Part shown: piece by piece, positions 38,137 through 48,619 of the stretch
How the letters are laid out: every line of letters starts with the position of its first letter
Numbering within the stretch: the first letter of the stretch is position 1
From: Candidatus Iainarchaeum sp.
Lineage (GTDB): Archaea > Iainarchaeota > Iainarchaeia > Iainarchaeales > JAAZKV01
Assembly (NCBI GenBank): GCA_026397015.1
Contig: JAPLVR010000003.1
Coordinates: 256,001-320,000, forward strand
Length of the DNA: 64,000 nt
Direction of reading: 5' to 3'
Translations under genes and position numbers: made by a program
Notes under the pieces: generated by a model
Seen by the model: only the letters and a program-made list of their open reading frames with translations
Databases searched by the model: none
What the model was told of the DNA's origin: nothing

Positions 38137-40056
38137 ATGGCAAAAATCGTAGGTATAGACCTTGGAACATCGAACAGCGCGGCAGCAGTGCTTGAAGGGG
38201 GAAAACCGAAAATAATTCCCTCGGCGGAAGGAAACACCGTTTACGGGAAATCATTCCCGAGCTACATTGCTTTTGCAAAAGACGGAAAACTTTTGGTCGG
38301 AGAGCCGGCGAGAAGGCAGGCAGTAACAAATCCGGACAGAACAATTACGAAGGCGAAAAGAAAAATGGGCACCGGCCACAAATACAAAATTGATAACAAG
38401 GAATATACGCCGCAGCAGATTTCCGCTTTCCTTCTTCAGAAAATAAAAAAGGACGCAGAATCTTTTTTAGGCACAACAGTTGAAAAAGCGGTAATTACCG
38501 TGCCAGCTTACTTTGACGACAATCAGAGGCAGGCCACAAAAGATGCGGGAGCAATCGCAGGATTGGAAGTAATAAGAATAATTAACGAGCCAACGGCTGC
38601 TTCGCTCGCATACGGTTTGGACAAAAAGGGAAAAGAATCAAAAATACTTGTTTTCGACCTCGGAGGAGGAACACTCGACGTAACAATAATGGAAATGGGC
38701 GACGGAGTTTTCGAAGTAAAATCAACTTCAGGGGATACGGCGCTCGGCGGAACTGACATGGATGAAATTTTGCTTAAATACGTTGCGGACGAATTCAAAA
38801 AAAGTGAGGGCGTCGACATTAGAAAGGATTCAATGGCTGTTCAGAGAGTAAGGGAGGCTGTTGAAAAGGCGAAGATAGAGCTTTCAACTGTGCTTGAAAC
38901 GGACATAAATTTGCCTTACATTACGGCGGATCCGACCGGCCCGAAGCACTTGGCGATAAAACTGAACAGGGCGAAACTTGAAGAGCTTGTTGAGCCGCTG
39001 ATAAAGAGATGCGAAAAACCGATAACACAGGCGTTGGCGGACGCGAAGCTTACAGCAGCAGACATTGACAAAATAATTTTGGTCGGAGGGCCAACGAGAA
39101 TGCCTTCAGTACAGAAATTAATAAAAAAAGTTGTCGGAATCGAACCGGAAAGAGGTGTTGACCCGATGGAATGCGTTGCGATGGGCGCGGCGATACAGGC
39201 AGGGGTGCTTGTAGGAGAAGTAAAGGATGTGCTGCTGCTCGATGTAACACCATTGTCTCTTGGAATCGAAACGCTCGGAGGAGTATTCACAAAACTAATC
39301 GAAAGAAACACCACAATTCCGACAAAGAAATCGCAAATATTTTCAACCGCGAGCGATAATCAAAGCGCAGTCGACATAAATGTTTTGCAGGGAGAAAGAC
39401 CGCTGGCAAGGGACAATAAACCACTTGGAAGATTCCAGCTCACTGGACTCTTACCCGCGCCGAGAGGGCTTCCCCAAATAGAAGTAATTTTTGACATTGA
39501 TGCAAACGGAATAGTTCACGTAACGGCAAAGGACAAGGGAACCGGAAAGGAACAGAGCATCAAAATCGTTGCTTCGCAAAAATTAAATGAAGCCGAAATA
39601 AACAGAATGAAAAAGGAAGCGGAAGAGCACGCGTCCGAAGATGTGAAAGCAAAGGAAGAAATCGAAATAATCAACAATGCGGATGCGACAGTTTATTCGG
39701 CGGAACAAATGCTGAAAGAAATAAAGGAAAAAATCGGCGAAAAAGACAGAAAAGAAATTGAAGAAAAACTGGGCGCATTGAAAGAAGAACTAAAGAAAGA
39801 GCAGAAAGATGCGCAAGGCGTAAAAACAAAAATGGAGGAACTCACTTCGAAGCTTCAGGAAATCGGCAAAAACTTCTACCAGCAGGCGGGAGGAAGCGGA
39901 CCGCAGAACGAAAACTGGGAAGGAGGAGGCAATCCGGAAAAAGAAGGCGGGGAAAGTGAAAACAGGGGCGAAGAAAATGACAATGTTGTTGACGCCGAAT
40001 TTGAAGAAAAAGATTCGGACAAAAGCGGAAAGGACAAGAATAAAAAAAGAAAGTAA
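38137..40056 (+). CDS. dnaK: Chaperone DnaK (Hsp70)
   Basis: [49 protein letters not shown]. Confidence 0.99.
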   Translation: MAKIVGIDLGTSNSAAAVLEGGKPKIIPSAEGNTVYGKSFPSYIAFAKDGKLLVGEPARRQAVTNPDRTITKAKRKMGTGHKYKIDNKEYTPQQISAFLLQKIKKDAESFLGTTVEKAVITVPAYFDDNQRQATKDAGAIAGLEVIRIINEPTAASLAYGLDKKGKESKILVFDLGGGTLDVTIMEMGDGVFEVKSTSGDTALGGTDMDEILLKYVADEFKKSEGVDIRKDSMAVQRVREAVEKAKIELSTVLETDINLPYITADPTGPKHLAIKLNRAKLEELVEPLIKRCEKPITQALADAKLTAADIDKIILVGGPTRMPSVQKLIKKVVGIEPERGVDPMECVAMGAAIQAGVLVGEVKDVLLLDVTPLSLGIETLGGVFTKLIERNTTIPTKKSQIFSTASDNQSAVDINVLQGERPLARDNKPLGRFQLTGLLPAPRGLPQIEVIFDIDANGIVHVTAKDKGTGKEQSIKIVASQKLNEAEINRMKKEAEEHASEDVKAKEEIEIINNADATVYSAEQMLKEIKEKIGEKDRKEIEEKLGALKEELKKEQKDAQGVKTKMEELTSKLQEIGKNFYQQAGGSGPQNENWEGGGNPEKEGGESENRGEENDNVVDAEFEEKDSDKSGKDKNKKRK

Positions 40057-40152
40057 TCCAAACACTAACAACCCGAACGACGGAAAAAAAGAAGTTTGGC
40101 ACGCCGCATAATCATTGGCGCGCGCCCGATTGCCTGATGCAGAGTTGATTTA

Positions 40153-41274
40153 ATGGAAAAGGATCACTACGAAGTTCTTGGACTGAAAAGGGGTGCCCAG
40201 ATCGAAGAAGTAAAGAAAGCGTACAAGCGCCTTGCAAAAAAGTATCATCCCGATGTTTCAACCGACAAGGAGGCTGAAAAAAAATTCAAGGAAATAGCGG
40301 AAGCATACTCCGTGCTCTCGGATCCTGAAAAAAAACAGAACTACGACAATTACGGAAACACTTACAAACAGTTCGAAGGATTCAGCGGATTCGATTTCGG
40401 AAAAGGGTTTGACTTTGATTTCGAAAACATATTCAACCAGTTCGGATTTGAAAATTTTTCTGATTTTGGAAGCGCCTTCGGTTCAACGAACAGGCGGGGA
40501 AAAGATTTCGGTTCAAACATAAAAGCCGAAATATCGCTCACATTTGAAGAAGCGGCATTCGGCACAACAAAGCAAATAGCCTACAATAAAACTGTCAGGT
40601 GCAAAAACTGCGGCGGAAGCGGAGCGGAAGGCGGCAAATTCAAAACCTGCAAAAACTGCGGCGGAAAAGGATATTCCATAAGGCAATCAAACCAGGGATT
40701 TATGGTTTTCCAGTCAAGAAGCGTATGCCATCACTGCGGTGGAAGGGGAAAGGCCCCGGAAAAAAATTGTTCTGAATGCAACAGTCACGGTTTTATTAAT
40801 AAGAGGGTTTCGCTCGAAGTAAAAGTGCCCGCCGGAATAAATACGGGAAACCATTTGTTCCCGATAAAAGGCGGGGGAAACGAGGGAACGGATGGCGAAG
40901 GCGCACTTTTTGTTGTTGTGTTTGTTGAGCCGCACGAAATATTCAAGAGGGACGACGCCGACATTTACACGGAAATTCCTATTTCCTTTACCGAAGCGGC
41001 GCTGGGTTCAACAGTTGAAGTACCGACTTTGAAAGGAAAAGCGGATTTAAAAGTGCCCGCGGGAACTCAAACAGGCACAATATTCAGGATGAAAGAAAAA
41101 GGGGTAAAACACCTGAACCAAGAAGGATTCGGGGACGAATATGTTAAATTAATTATAGAGACTCCTAAAAAAATAAGTGAAAAACAGAGGAAACTTCTCG
41201 AGGAACTGGAAAAAGAAGCGCAGCTGGCAAAAAAAAGAAAAAACTTTTTTTCAAAAATAATAGAAAAATTTTGA
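40153..41274 (+). CDS. dnaJ: Chaperone DnaJ
   Basis: J-domain HPD, G/F-rich region, four CxxCxGxG-type repeats. Confidence 0.98.
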   Translation: MEKDHYEVLGLKRGAQIEEVKKAYKRLAKKYHPDVSTDKEAEKKFKEIAEAYSVLSDPEKKQNYDNYGNTYKQFEGFSGFDFGKGFDFDFENIFNQFGFENFSDFGSAFGSTNRRGKDFGSNIKAEISLTFEEAAFGTTKQIAYNKTVRCKNCGGSGAEGGKFKTCKNCGGKGYSIRQSNQGFMVFQSRSVCHHCGGRGKAPEKNCSECNSHGFINKRVSLEVKVPAGINTGNHLFPIKGGGNEGTDGEGALFVVVFVEPHEIFKRDDADIYTEIPISFTEAALGSTVEVPTLKGKADLKVPAGTQTGTIFRMKEKGVKHLNQEGFGDEYVKLIIETPKKISEKQRKLLEELEKEAQLAKKRKNFFSKIIEKF

Positions 41275-41334
41275 TGCACCGGCAAAAAGAAAAGAATTTA
41301 ATACACTATAGCGCACCTATATATCTGATTCGCG

Positions 41335-41901
41335 ATGGCAAAACTTGCTTATGAGAGAAAAAACGGTTTCTTCGTGCTCGCAATTTTTTTCGTGGTAGCA
41401 GTTGTGTCCATTTACATTCTGATGGGGCACCCCTCGTTTGGAGGAAGCTCCTTAACACAGGTTGATGATGCCACAGCTTTGAAAGAGCTTGCGGCAACCA
41501 TTGCAAAACACGGAGTGGAAAACGGCTTCATCCCTATTTCAGTAAAAATGGAGGGTTACATAAACGATCTCTCAATTCTGAGGGGAAGAACTGGAAACGG
41601 GAGCGCTTCAGCCATAATTGATGCCGAACTTTCTTCGGCAAATAGCCATTATTATTTGACAAGAGCGCTTGAGGAATTAAATCTCATAGACAGGGCAAAA
41701 CCGAACTGCGGCGGCGCCGAAATAAAAGAAATAATTTTGTTCTGCGATTCCTCGATAAGAGAGGCGAATGCAGCGGTTGCAAAAATAAATTCTCTCAACG
41801 GGGAAGACAAGGAAAAGATAAGGGAAAACGGGCTTGAAATTGCGCAGTCCAACATTGAACTGGCCGAAGAAGTGAAGGCGCAAGTAAACAAAATCTGCTA
41901 A
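41335..41901 (+). CDS. Hypothetical protein with N-terminal membrane anchor
   Basis: Single hydrophobic N-terminal helix followed by a helical domain. Confidence 0.65.
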   Translation: MAKLAYERKNGFFVLAIFFVVAVVSIYILMGHPSFGGSSLTQVDDATALKELAATIAKHGVENGFIPISVKMEGYINDLSILRGRTGNGSASAIIDAELSSANSHYYLTRALEELNLIDRAKPNCGGAEIKEIILFCDSSIREANAAVAKINSLNGEDKEKIRENGLEIAQSNIELAEEVKAQVNKIC

Positions 41902-41957
41902 AAGTTTTTCTAACCGGCTCGTTTGGAGGGGACCTGAAAAGCGCCGAAATAATTCTT

Positions 41958-42599
41958 ATGCAAAAAAAATCTGGCGAAAAAAAACGCCGCGAAGAAAAAA
42001 AATTCCGCAAAATCGGCGCGGAAGCTGTGCTGACGGAAAAAATTTTCATGGGAAAAAAGGCTGTTTCAAAGAGGCGACTGAAGAAAAAATATAGAAACGG
42101 GGCGCTCGATTCGGCGATAAGAAAAAAAAGAACGAGGGCGGAAGCGAAACTGATAAGGGCGGGCGCGCCGATTGTGAGAGTTCCTTCCATATTCAATGTT
42201 GATGAGGCGGACGCGGAAATATTGATGGAATTCATCGAAGGGAAAAGACTGAAAGAAGTTGTTGAGAAGAGAGGAAGCCTTTGCACCCTCGCAGGAAAAG
42301 AAATAAGAAAACTCCATGACTGCGGAATAATACACGGCGACCTCACCACTTCGAACATAATTGTGGTTGCCGGGGCAAAGGGCGGGAAAAACGGATTGTG
42401 CTTAGTCGATTTCGGCTTGGGTTTCTTCTCAAACAAAATCGAGGACAAGGCAACCGACTTGATTGTGTTCAAAAAAACGTTTAACGCGACGCACTCAGGA
42501 CTGAGAGACGGCTGGGCGCTTGTGATGAAGGGTTACGCGCCGAACGAAGAAATGAACTCAAAGATGAACGCGATTGAAAAAAGGGCGCGTTATCATTGA
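41958..42599 (+). CDS. bud32: KEOPS kinase Bud32
   Basis: GAEA, K.R..K.YR...LD..IR..RT..EA, HGDLTTSN, DFGL, ED.A.DL, R.RY. Confidence 0.95.
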   Translation: MQKKSGEKKRREEKKFRKIGAEAVLTEKIFMGKKAVSKRRLKKKYRNGALDSAIRKKRTRAEAKLIRAGAPIVRVPSIFNVDEADAEILMEFIEGKRLKEVVEKRGSLCTLAGKEIRKLHDCGIIHGDLTTSNIIVVAGAKGGKNGLCLVDFGLGFFSNKIEDKATDLIVFKKTFNATHSGLRDGWALVMKGYAPNEEMNSKMNAIEKRARYH

Positions 42600-42712
42600 C
42601 TGCCTCGCCGCTTCCCGATTAGCTTTTTAAAGGTTCCTTTAGTTAGAGTATTAAGCATAATTTTGTTGTTCTTTTCCAAGCCCCGAGGGTTGGAAAGGTT
42701 AAATTAAAAAAA

Positions 42713-43231
42713 GTGGTAATTGTGAAGAAGAAAAGCGGAAGCGCCGAAGAGGAAACGAAGGCAGCAGTTGCCGCCGAAGAGAAAGAGGAAAAAGAGCCGG
42801 TGCCCGTGAAGGCGAAGAAAAAGGTTTCTTCAAAAAAGAAAGTTGTGCAGGTTTCGGTTTCGCCGAAAGAAGCCGAAGAAATTGTTGTTTCTCTTTCGAA
42901 CGCCGGGCACTCGCCGAGCGAGATAGGGCTCATTCTAAGGGATGAACACGGCGTAAAAAATTTTTATGTTCATACCGGGAAAAGAATACAAAAAGTGATG
43001 GCGGAACACAAACTGGTAGGAGAAGTTCCTGAAGACATGTTGAATTTGATAAAAAAAAGCGTTGCCCTGCAGAATCACCTGGCAAAAAATAAAAAAGATT
43101 TTTCGGCAAAGCGCGGATATGAGATAACGGTTTCAAAAATAAGAAGACTTGCCGCTTACTATTCAAAGAAAGGAAGGATTGCAAAGGACTGGAAGTATGA
43201 TGCGGAAAGCACAGCATTACTGGTAAAGTAA
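42713..43231 (+). CDS. rps15: 30S ribosomal protein S15 (uS15)
   Basis: SPS.IG.ILRD..G, PED...LI.K, HL..N.KD...KRG, SKIRRL..YY. Confidence 0.95.
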   Translation: MVIVKKKSGSAEEETKAAVAAEEKEEKEPVPVKAKKKVSSKKKVVQVSVSPKEAEEIVVSLSNAGHSPSEIGLILRDEHGVKNFYVHTGKRIQKVMAEHKLVGEVPEDMLNLIKKSVALQNHLAKNKKDFSAKRGYEITVSKIRRLAAYYSKKGRIAKDWKYDAESTALLVK

Positions 43232-43259
43232 ATGAGGAATTTTATTTTGAGTGGTTTTT

Positions 43260-43856
43260 ATGGTTGAAGAAAAAAAATCAAAGGGCGCACACAAGAGCGT
43301 TGACAAGTGGAAGAAGAAAAAATGGTTCATTTTGAACGCTCCAAAGGTGTTTGATGGCAGGGTTCTTGGAAGCTGCCCTGCGGAAAAGCCGAAGAATATT
43401 ATGGGCAGGACAATAAAGGTAACGCTCGATGTGATAACCGGGCAAAGGGCCATGAGGGATGTTGCAACTTATTTCAAGGTAGTGGATGTTCAGGGGCAGA
43501 ATGCAAACACCAAAATTTCCTGCTTTGAAACAAACAGGGGTTACCTAATGAGAACAATAAGGAGAAGGGCGAGCAAAATCGCGCTGATTGAAAAAATTCC
43601 TGTTAAGGGCGGGGATGCGAGGGTAACGATTGTGGCAGTAAGCGACAGGAAATGCACAAAGGGTCAAAAGACCGGCGTGAGAAAAGTAATTTCTGAGGAA
43701 TTGAAAGTTATAAGCGGAAAAGAAAATGAATTCGATGATGTCGCAAAGGAACTTTTGTTCGGAAAGTTCAACAATGCTGTTTTCAAGAGGGCAAAAAATA
43801 TTTGCGCCATGAAAAAGGTAATAGCAGCAAAAGCCACATTCATTGAGGCAAAATAA
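43260..43856 (+). CDS. rps3ae: 30S ribosomal protein S3Ae (eS1)
   Basis: DKWK.K.WF...AP..F, GRT, F.V..V.G..A.T, RR..SKI. Confidence 0.93.
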   Translation: MVEEKKSKGAHKSVDKWKKKKWFILNAPKVFDGRVLGSCPAEKPKNIMGRTIKVTLDVITGQRAMRDVATYFKVVDVQGQNANTKISCFETNRGYLMRTIRRRASKIALIEKIPVKGGDARVTIVAVSDRKCTKGQKTGVRKVISEELKVISGKENEFDDVAKELLFGKFNNAVFKRAKNICAMKKVIAAKATFIEAK

Positions 43857-44554
43857 TGGTTTCTTTGGAAGAAATGCTGGTAGTCCTCGCCCTTCTTTTG
43901 GCATTCTCAATTTTTTCTTACAAAAAAAAGCTCCTCGACACCGACGGAATATTAATTGCAAACGCAATCGGAATAGCGGCAATGCTTTCCGGCCCGAACA
44001 GGCTGGCGAATTTTTTTGTTGTAGTAATTTTCTTTCTGATTGCGGAACTGGCAAGCAACTTTCCGCTAAAAAAGCACGAAACCCGCGGAATAAGAAATAT
44101 TGTTGGCAACGCTCTTCCGGCGCTCATAATGCTCTTCATGACAAAGATTTTTCCGCAGAACCCGCTCGCCTTTGAACTTGCTTTTTTTGGAGCGGTTTCG
44201 GCTGCGCTTGCTGATACTCTCGCATCCGAAGTCGGTTATTATTCAAAAAAGGACCCGGTAATGATAACCACTTTTAAAAAAGTAAAACCAGGCATTGACG
44301 GCGGGATAACGGTGCTCGGCGAATCCGCCGCATTTGCAGGAGGGCTTTCAATCGCAATGATTCATTTTTTTCTCTACAGAAACATTTTCATGTTTTTTGT
44401 GATAATACTTGCAGGAATATTTGGGACAAATATTGACTCGCTTTTCGGGGCGACATACGAAAGAAAAAAAATCATAGGAAATACCACTGTAAATTTCATC
44501 GGAAGCCTTTCGGGCGCGCTGCTTGCCCTCGGATTCGGGCTGGCGCTGCTTTAA
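43856..44554 (+). CDS. DUF92/TMEM19 family membrane protein
   Basis: R...N...N, A.ADT.ASE.G, ITT.K.V.PG.DGG.T..G, DS..GA..E, N..VN. Confidence 0.92.
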   Translation: MVSLEEMLVVLALLLAFSIFSYKKKLLDTDGILIANAIGIAAMLSGPNRLANFFVVVIFFLIAELASNFPLKKHETRGIRNIVGNALPALIMLFMTKIFPQNPLAFELAFFGAVSAALADTLASEVGYYSKKDPVMITTFKKVKPGIDGGITVLGESAAFAGGLSIAMIHFFLYRNIFMFFVIILAGIFGTNIDSLFGATYERKKIIGNTTVNFIGSLSGALLALGFGLALL

Positions 44555-44630
44555 AATATGTGCGATTTCAAAACCCTGCAAAAGCTTTTATCCCCTCTCA
44601 ACAAAGTATCTTTGAATTGAGTTGATTTTT

Positions 44631-45158
44631 ATGGAAAATGAAATCTTAAAAATCGCAATTTTGATAGCCGCATATGCCGTGCCGATGTACTTTGCAAATG
44701 CAGCGCCCCTGCTTTTTTTCAATTACCATTCAAAAATTCCCCTTGATTTTGGAAAAAAAATCGGGAAGGAAAGAATTTTTGGAAAGGGAAAAACCTGGCT
44801 TGGAACGGAAATAGGAATACTTTCCGGTTTAGCTGCCGCATGTATTTTTGGTTTTGCACTGCCTGCTGTGTATGAAATAATCCCTAATTATTTTGCCGTT
44901 TCGGCGCTGCTTGCAATAGGGGCAGTGCTTGGCGACATCGCCAAAAGCTTTTTGAAAAGAAGAATAGGGATAGAAAGCGGGGAAATGTGGATTTTTGCTG
45001 ACCAGCTGGATTTTATTGCGGGTGGCTTTTTACTGAGCGCGGTCATAAGGGTTCCAGAAATAACGGTCATATCGATAATTGTGGTTGCGACCGTTTTCAT
45101 CCACATAATAACAAATTTTGCCGCGTTTAAAATGAGAATAAAGAAGGTGCCGTGGTGA
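44631..45158 (+). CDS. carS: CDP-archaeol synthase
   Basis: P.Y.ANA.P, P.DFG, R.FG.GKTW.G, GD...SF.KRR.G...G, DQLDF, K.VPW. Confidence 0.94.
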   Translation: MENEILKIAILIAAYAVPMYFANAAPLLFFNYHSKIPLDFGKKIGKERIFGKGKTWLGTEIGILSGLAAACIFGFALPAVYEIIPNYFAVSALLAIGAVLGDIAKSFLKRRIGIESGEMWIFADQLDFIAGGFLLSAVIRVPEITVISIIVVATVFIHIITNFAAFKMRIKKVPW

Positions 45159-45736
45159 AAAAAAAGAAACAAACAAAAAAAAGAACGAAAACTTTCAAAA
45201 CCGGGCGTTCGAAAGGAACCGCAAAAAAAACAATAAAAAAGGCGCAAAAATCTGAAAAGGAATCGTTTAAAATCGCGGTCTTTCTGGCAAAGTTTTTTTT
45301 GCTGTTTGCCTTTTTCAGCTATGCGATTGAAAAAATTAATCTTTCAGCCCTGAACACGTACATTGCGGGCATTACTGCGGCAATCGCGGCGCTTCCTTTT
45401 TCAGGAAATGAAATAATTATTCCAAACGGCGAAAAATTTATTATAACAAATCTTTGCACGGGGCTTTTGAGCGGAAGCATACTATTCTCAATAATTTTCT
45501 CGTTAAAGAGGCCTGCAATGAAGAAAAAAATAATTACTTTTCTCGCCGGACTGGCGGTTTTGTTGCTGGCAAACATTCCGCGCATTTCAATAGTTTTGGT
45601 TGCGGCAAAAAGCGGCTTTGACGCCGAACTTGTGCACACGACCTCATGGTTTTTAATGAGCGGGTTGGTGGTGCTGCTCTGGTACTACGGCACGAAAAAA
45701 ATCGCGGGAATAAAAAATTTCAACGAGTTGATTTAA
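45152..45736 (+). CDS. Archaeosortase/exosortase family protein
   Basis: Multi-TM protein with the Cys/Arg/His triad: I...CTG, N..RI, LVH. Confidence 0.8.
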   Translation: MVKKKKQTKKRTKTFKTGRSKGTAKKTIKKAQKSEKESFKIAVFLAKFFLLFAFFSYAIEKINLSALNTYIAGITAAIAALPFSGNEIIIPNGEKFIITNLCTGLLSGSILFSIIFSLKRPAMKKKIITFLAGLAVLLLANIPRISIVLVAAKSGFDAELVHTTSWFLMSGLVVLLWYYGTKKIAGIKNFNELI

Positions 45737-45785
45737 GGAATTTTTGCGAATTTTGCATCGGCAAATCAAAATCTAAAATAATTTT

Positions 45786-47438
45786 TTAAGAAGACTCTTT
45801 TTTCTCTTTCATGGTTACTACTTTTTCCACTATCTTCGTAAATGCTGGTCTTGTAAAAAGGACTCCCGCTACCGAACCAAATATTGCGATGATTGCAAAA
45901 CCGTAGAGTTTTTCCATGCCCGGAAAACTTCTTGATAACAGCACTATTGGGCCCATAACACCGACTATTGTAATTGTTGAAGTTGTTATTATGAAGAGGG
46001 CGCTTTTTACCCTCTGAAGGGTTGACTCCTGCACAACTTCCGACTTTCTGGTTATTTCATCTGTTATTACAACTTCTGAGTTCACGCCCGAACCGAGCGC
46101 CGCAATAAGCCCCGCAAACGCCGCCAAATCAAGTGGGTTTCTTGTGAGGGCAAGAAAACCAAAAAGTATAATTGTTTCGGCAACAACCGTTGCAAAAATT
46201 GGAATGGCGAGCAAAATTGTTTTATATCTCAAAACTATGAACGCCGCAACAGCTACCAGTGCGATCACTCCCATCAAAAACAACTCATTCAAAAAAGACG
46301 CTCCGAGCGAAGGAGAAATCGTTTCCCTTGAAATACTTTTTACCGGCGTAGGAAGGGAACCGGATTCCAAAAGAATAGTAAGTTCTTCAAGGTCCGTTTT
46401 TGCGACTTCCGCACTTGACCTTGTGCCTGTTATTACAAGAGTCGTGAACATTTCCGCCTTTGAAATGTCGGAAACGTCTTCATTCGTTACGTTTTCAGTA
46501 AGGGAAATAACTTGTTTTGCTTTTGTAACTGACCAGAGCCATGGAACATCTTTTTTAATTTCCTCTTTTGTAACATTAAACCCTTTTGCCTTGAGGGCAT
46601 TTACAACATTGTCGCCGATGCCGGGCGAAACGATTGCATCGCTGGTTTTCAATAATGCAAAACTTAAAATATTTTCATCCAATCCGATTGATGCACCAGA
46701 GTTTGAATCTGATGGATTGCTGTAAATAATCAAAGGAAGCTGCGCGTTTTCAACAAGGGTCTTTATGTCAGTTCCCTGAGAGATGTCCGCAAAAGAATTT
46801 CCCACATTAAGGGATTCCGAATCCACGTCGTACTGCTCCTCGCTTATCACCAAAAGCGCGTTGGGCTTGTCAAGGAAGAAATAAGTTTTTGCACATTCAT
46901 ATACGGGCTTTCCGTTGGTTCCGATTGAAGAAACATCGCATTGGTGGAATGTTTTTTCCATGAAGCGCTTGGCGGCTGTTTCGCTCAAAACAAAGGGCAT
47001 TCTCCAGCCTACTGCCTTGCCGCCCGCGGAATAAATTCCATATGTGGTCGAACCGCGCAAAACACTTTTTATTTCATCACCGGTAAAAATCGTTTCGCCG
47101 TTGAGCGTCGCTTCAAAGCGCCCCTGCTGCCTTATGCGCGCCTCTATTTTTTCAAGCTCAATCTGGTCGGTTTCAGTAGTTTGTATCAGTATAAATTGCC
47201 CGCCGACCGGAGAAACAGAATCTCCGCGAAGACCGCCAGGATCCATACGTTGGGAAATTATGTTCGCTACTCTTGCTATTTCTTCGGAAGAAATTTGATT
47301 GGCGAGCTCGACCTGGTAAAGGGTCCCACCCTTGAAATCGATTCCAAGCCTTATCCCAAAAATCGCAATAAATATTATTGAAATAAGAACAACCCCGATT
47401 ACAAGGGCATATCTCCAATATTTTAACACGGGATTCAA
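45786..47438 (-). CDS. secD: Protein translocase subunit SecD
   Basis: LGIDFKGGT, L.SGSLP, ISPSLG, LDLA..AGLIA..G, GFA....G...G...TRPA. Confidence 0.93.
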   Translation of the reverse strand: MNPVLKYWRYALVIGVVLISIIFIAIFGIRLGIDFKGGTLYQVELANQISSEEIARVANIISQRMDPGGLRGDSVSPVGGQFILIQTTETDQIELEKIEARIRQQGRFEATLNGETIFTGDEIKSVLRGSTTYGIYSAGGKAVGWRMPFVLSETAAKRFMEKTFHQCDVSSIGTNGKPVYECAKTYFFLDKPNALLVISEEQYDVDSESLNVGNSFADISQGTDIKTLVENAQLPLIIYSNPSDSNSGASIGLDENILSFALLKTSDAIVSPGIGDNVVNALKAKGFNVTKEEIKKDVPWLWSVTKAKQVISLTENVTNEDVSDISKAEMFTTLVITGTRSSAEVAKTDLEELTILLESGSLPTPVKSISRETISPSLGASFLNELFLMGVIALVAVAAFIVLRYKTILLAIPIFATVVAETIILFGFLALTRNPLDLAAFAGLIAALGSGVNSEVVITDEITRKSEVVQESTLQRVKSALFIITTSTITIVGVMGPIVLLSRSFPGMEKLYGFAIIAIFGSVAGVLFTRPAFTKIVEKVVTMKEKKESS

Positions 47439-48478
47439 TTCGACACCTTCTTTTCAACAAACCATAGCAATATTGAAGTGTTCATGAACCATGTTGCAAT
47501 TACATCCCCGATTTGACCGAAGAAAAGAACCGCGGCTATTTGGAAAACTATATCAATTTGATAGAAATAGGATATTGCAAGCATTGGAATCAGTGCAGCC
47601 ATCGTTGTTCCGGTCATTGTAAGCCCGGTTTTCATGGAAATTGTTGCACGCTCGCTTGGCGTACCGCTCTTTCCTTTCAGTATGCGCGACGTAAGCATTA
47701 TGTCACTGTCAACTGAGTAGCCGACTACCATCAAAAGCGTGGAAATTGTGAGCAATGAAAGCGGTATGCCCAGAAGCGCCATTCCGGTTAGGCCTGCGAG
47801 TACGTCAAAAATCATTGATTGTATTATTGCCGCAGATGGAACAACCTGCCTGAAGGAAACAAAAATTATTATCAGGAGCGCTATTGCGCCCAAAAGTGAA
47901 ATGAACAGGGCCGATTCTAACGACGCCTTTCCAAGCGTCGGGGAAACTTCGCGCATCTGAAATTCTACATTTTTTCCAAGTGAGAGTTTGTCCGAAAGCA
48001 TTGCCTGAATCTTTGAAGAAAATTCCTGCTTATAGGCTGCAAGGGCACCCTGTGCCGCATTTAGGGCCGCTTTTGAATTTTGAAATGACTGCTCGGGCTT
48101 TCCAAGAGACTTCAGGGCAGAATTAGAAAATACAATTGACTCCTGCTCGTTGTCTATTGAGGCCGCTGCCTTGGAAATAAAATCTTCGGCGGAACTTACA
48201 AAATACTCCTTGCTATATTGAATATATGCGCCGTAACCGGTGGGGGAAGAAATTGTTGAAACGGCGAGGTCGGTGAGCTGAAATTCGCTTTTCAAAATTG
48301 ATTCTATCTGCGAGATCGAAAACGGGCTGCTCGAGCGGAGAACAATTACATTGCCCCCAGTAAGCTCTGTGCCCATGGGGATGCCCGGGTAAACAATTAT
48401 TGCAAAAAGCATCGGAATAAGAAGTATTAGCGGAACAAGCATCATTCGCTTGTATTCGCCAGCGTAAAAATCTTTCAT
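47435..48478 (-). CDS. secF: Protein translocase subunit SecF
   Basis: G.EL.GG, V.PTLG, FR..VPS, GYSVDSDI.L, GD...TW..N; start reassigned to MKDFY. Confidence 0.93.
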   Translation of the reverse strand: MKDFYAGEYKRMMLVPLILLIPMLFAIIVYPGIPMGTELTGGNVIVLRSSSPFSISQIESILKSEFQLTDLAVSTISSPTGYGAYIQYSKEYFVSSAEDFISKAAASIDNEQESIVFSNSALKSLGKPEQSFQNSKAALNAAQGALAAYKQEFSSKIQAMLSDKLSLGKNVEFQMREVSPTLGKASLESALFISLLGAIALLIIIFVSFRQVVPSAAIIQSMIFDVLAGLTGMALLGIPLSLLTISTLLMVVGYSVDSDIMLTSRILKGKSGTPSERATISMKTGLTMTGTTMAALIPMLAISYFYQIDIVFQIAAVLFFGQIGDVIATWFMNTSILLWFVEKKVSN

Positions 48479-48619
48479 TAAAAGACCCCGAAAAATTGCT
48501 CTATCGCTCTTAAACTTCCATAGGATTAAAAACCTGCTAACCCTTAAATAGGTTATTGTTTGCTTTGACAAAGTTTTTATTGAAGCGCAACCTGTGCATT
48601 TATTTGGGTGAATTTTCGC

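Noticed and set aside
40057-40152. GC-rich palindrome GGCGCGCGCC in the dnaK-dnaJ spacer
   Set aside because: Short, with imperfect flanking stems; not enough support for a defined element.
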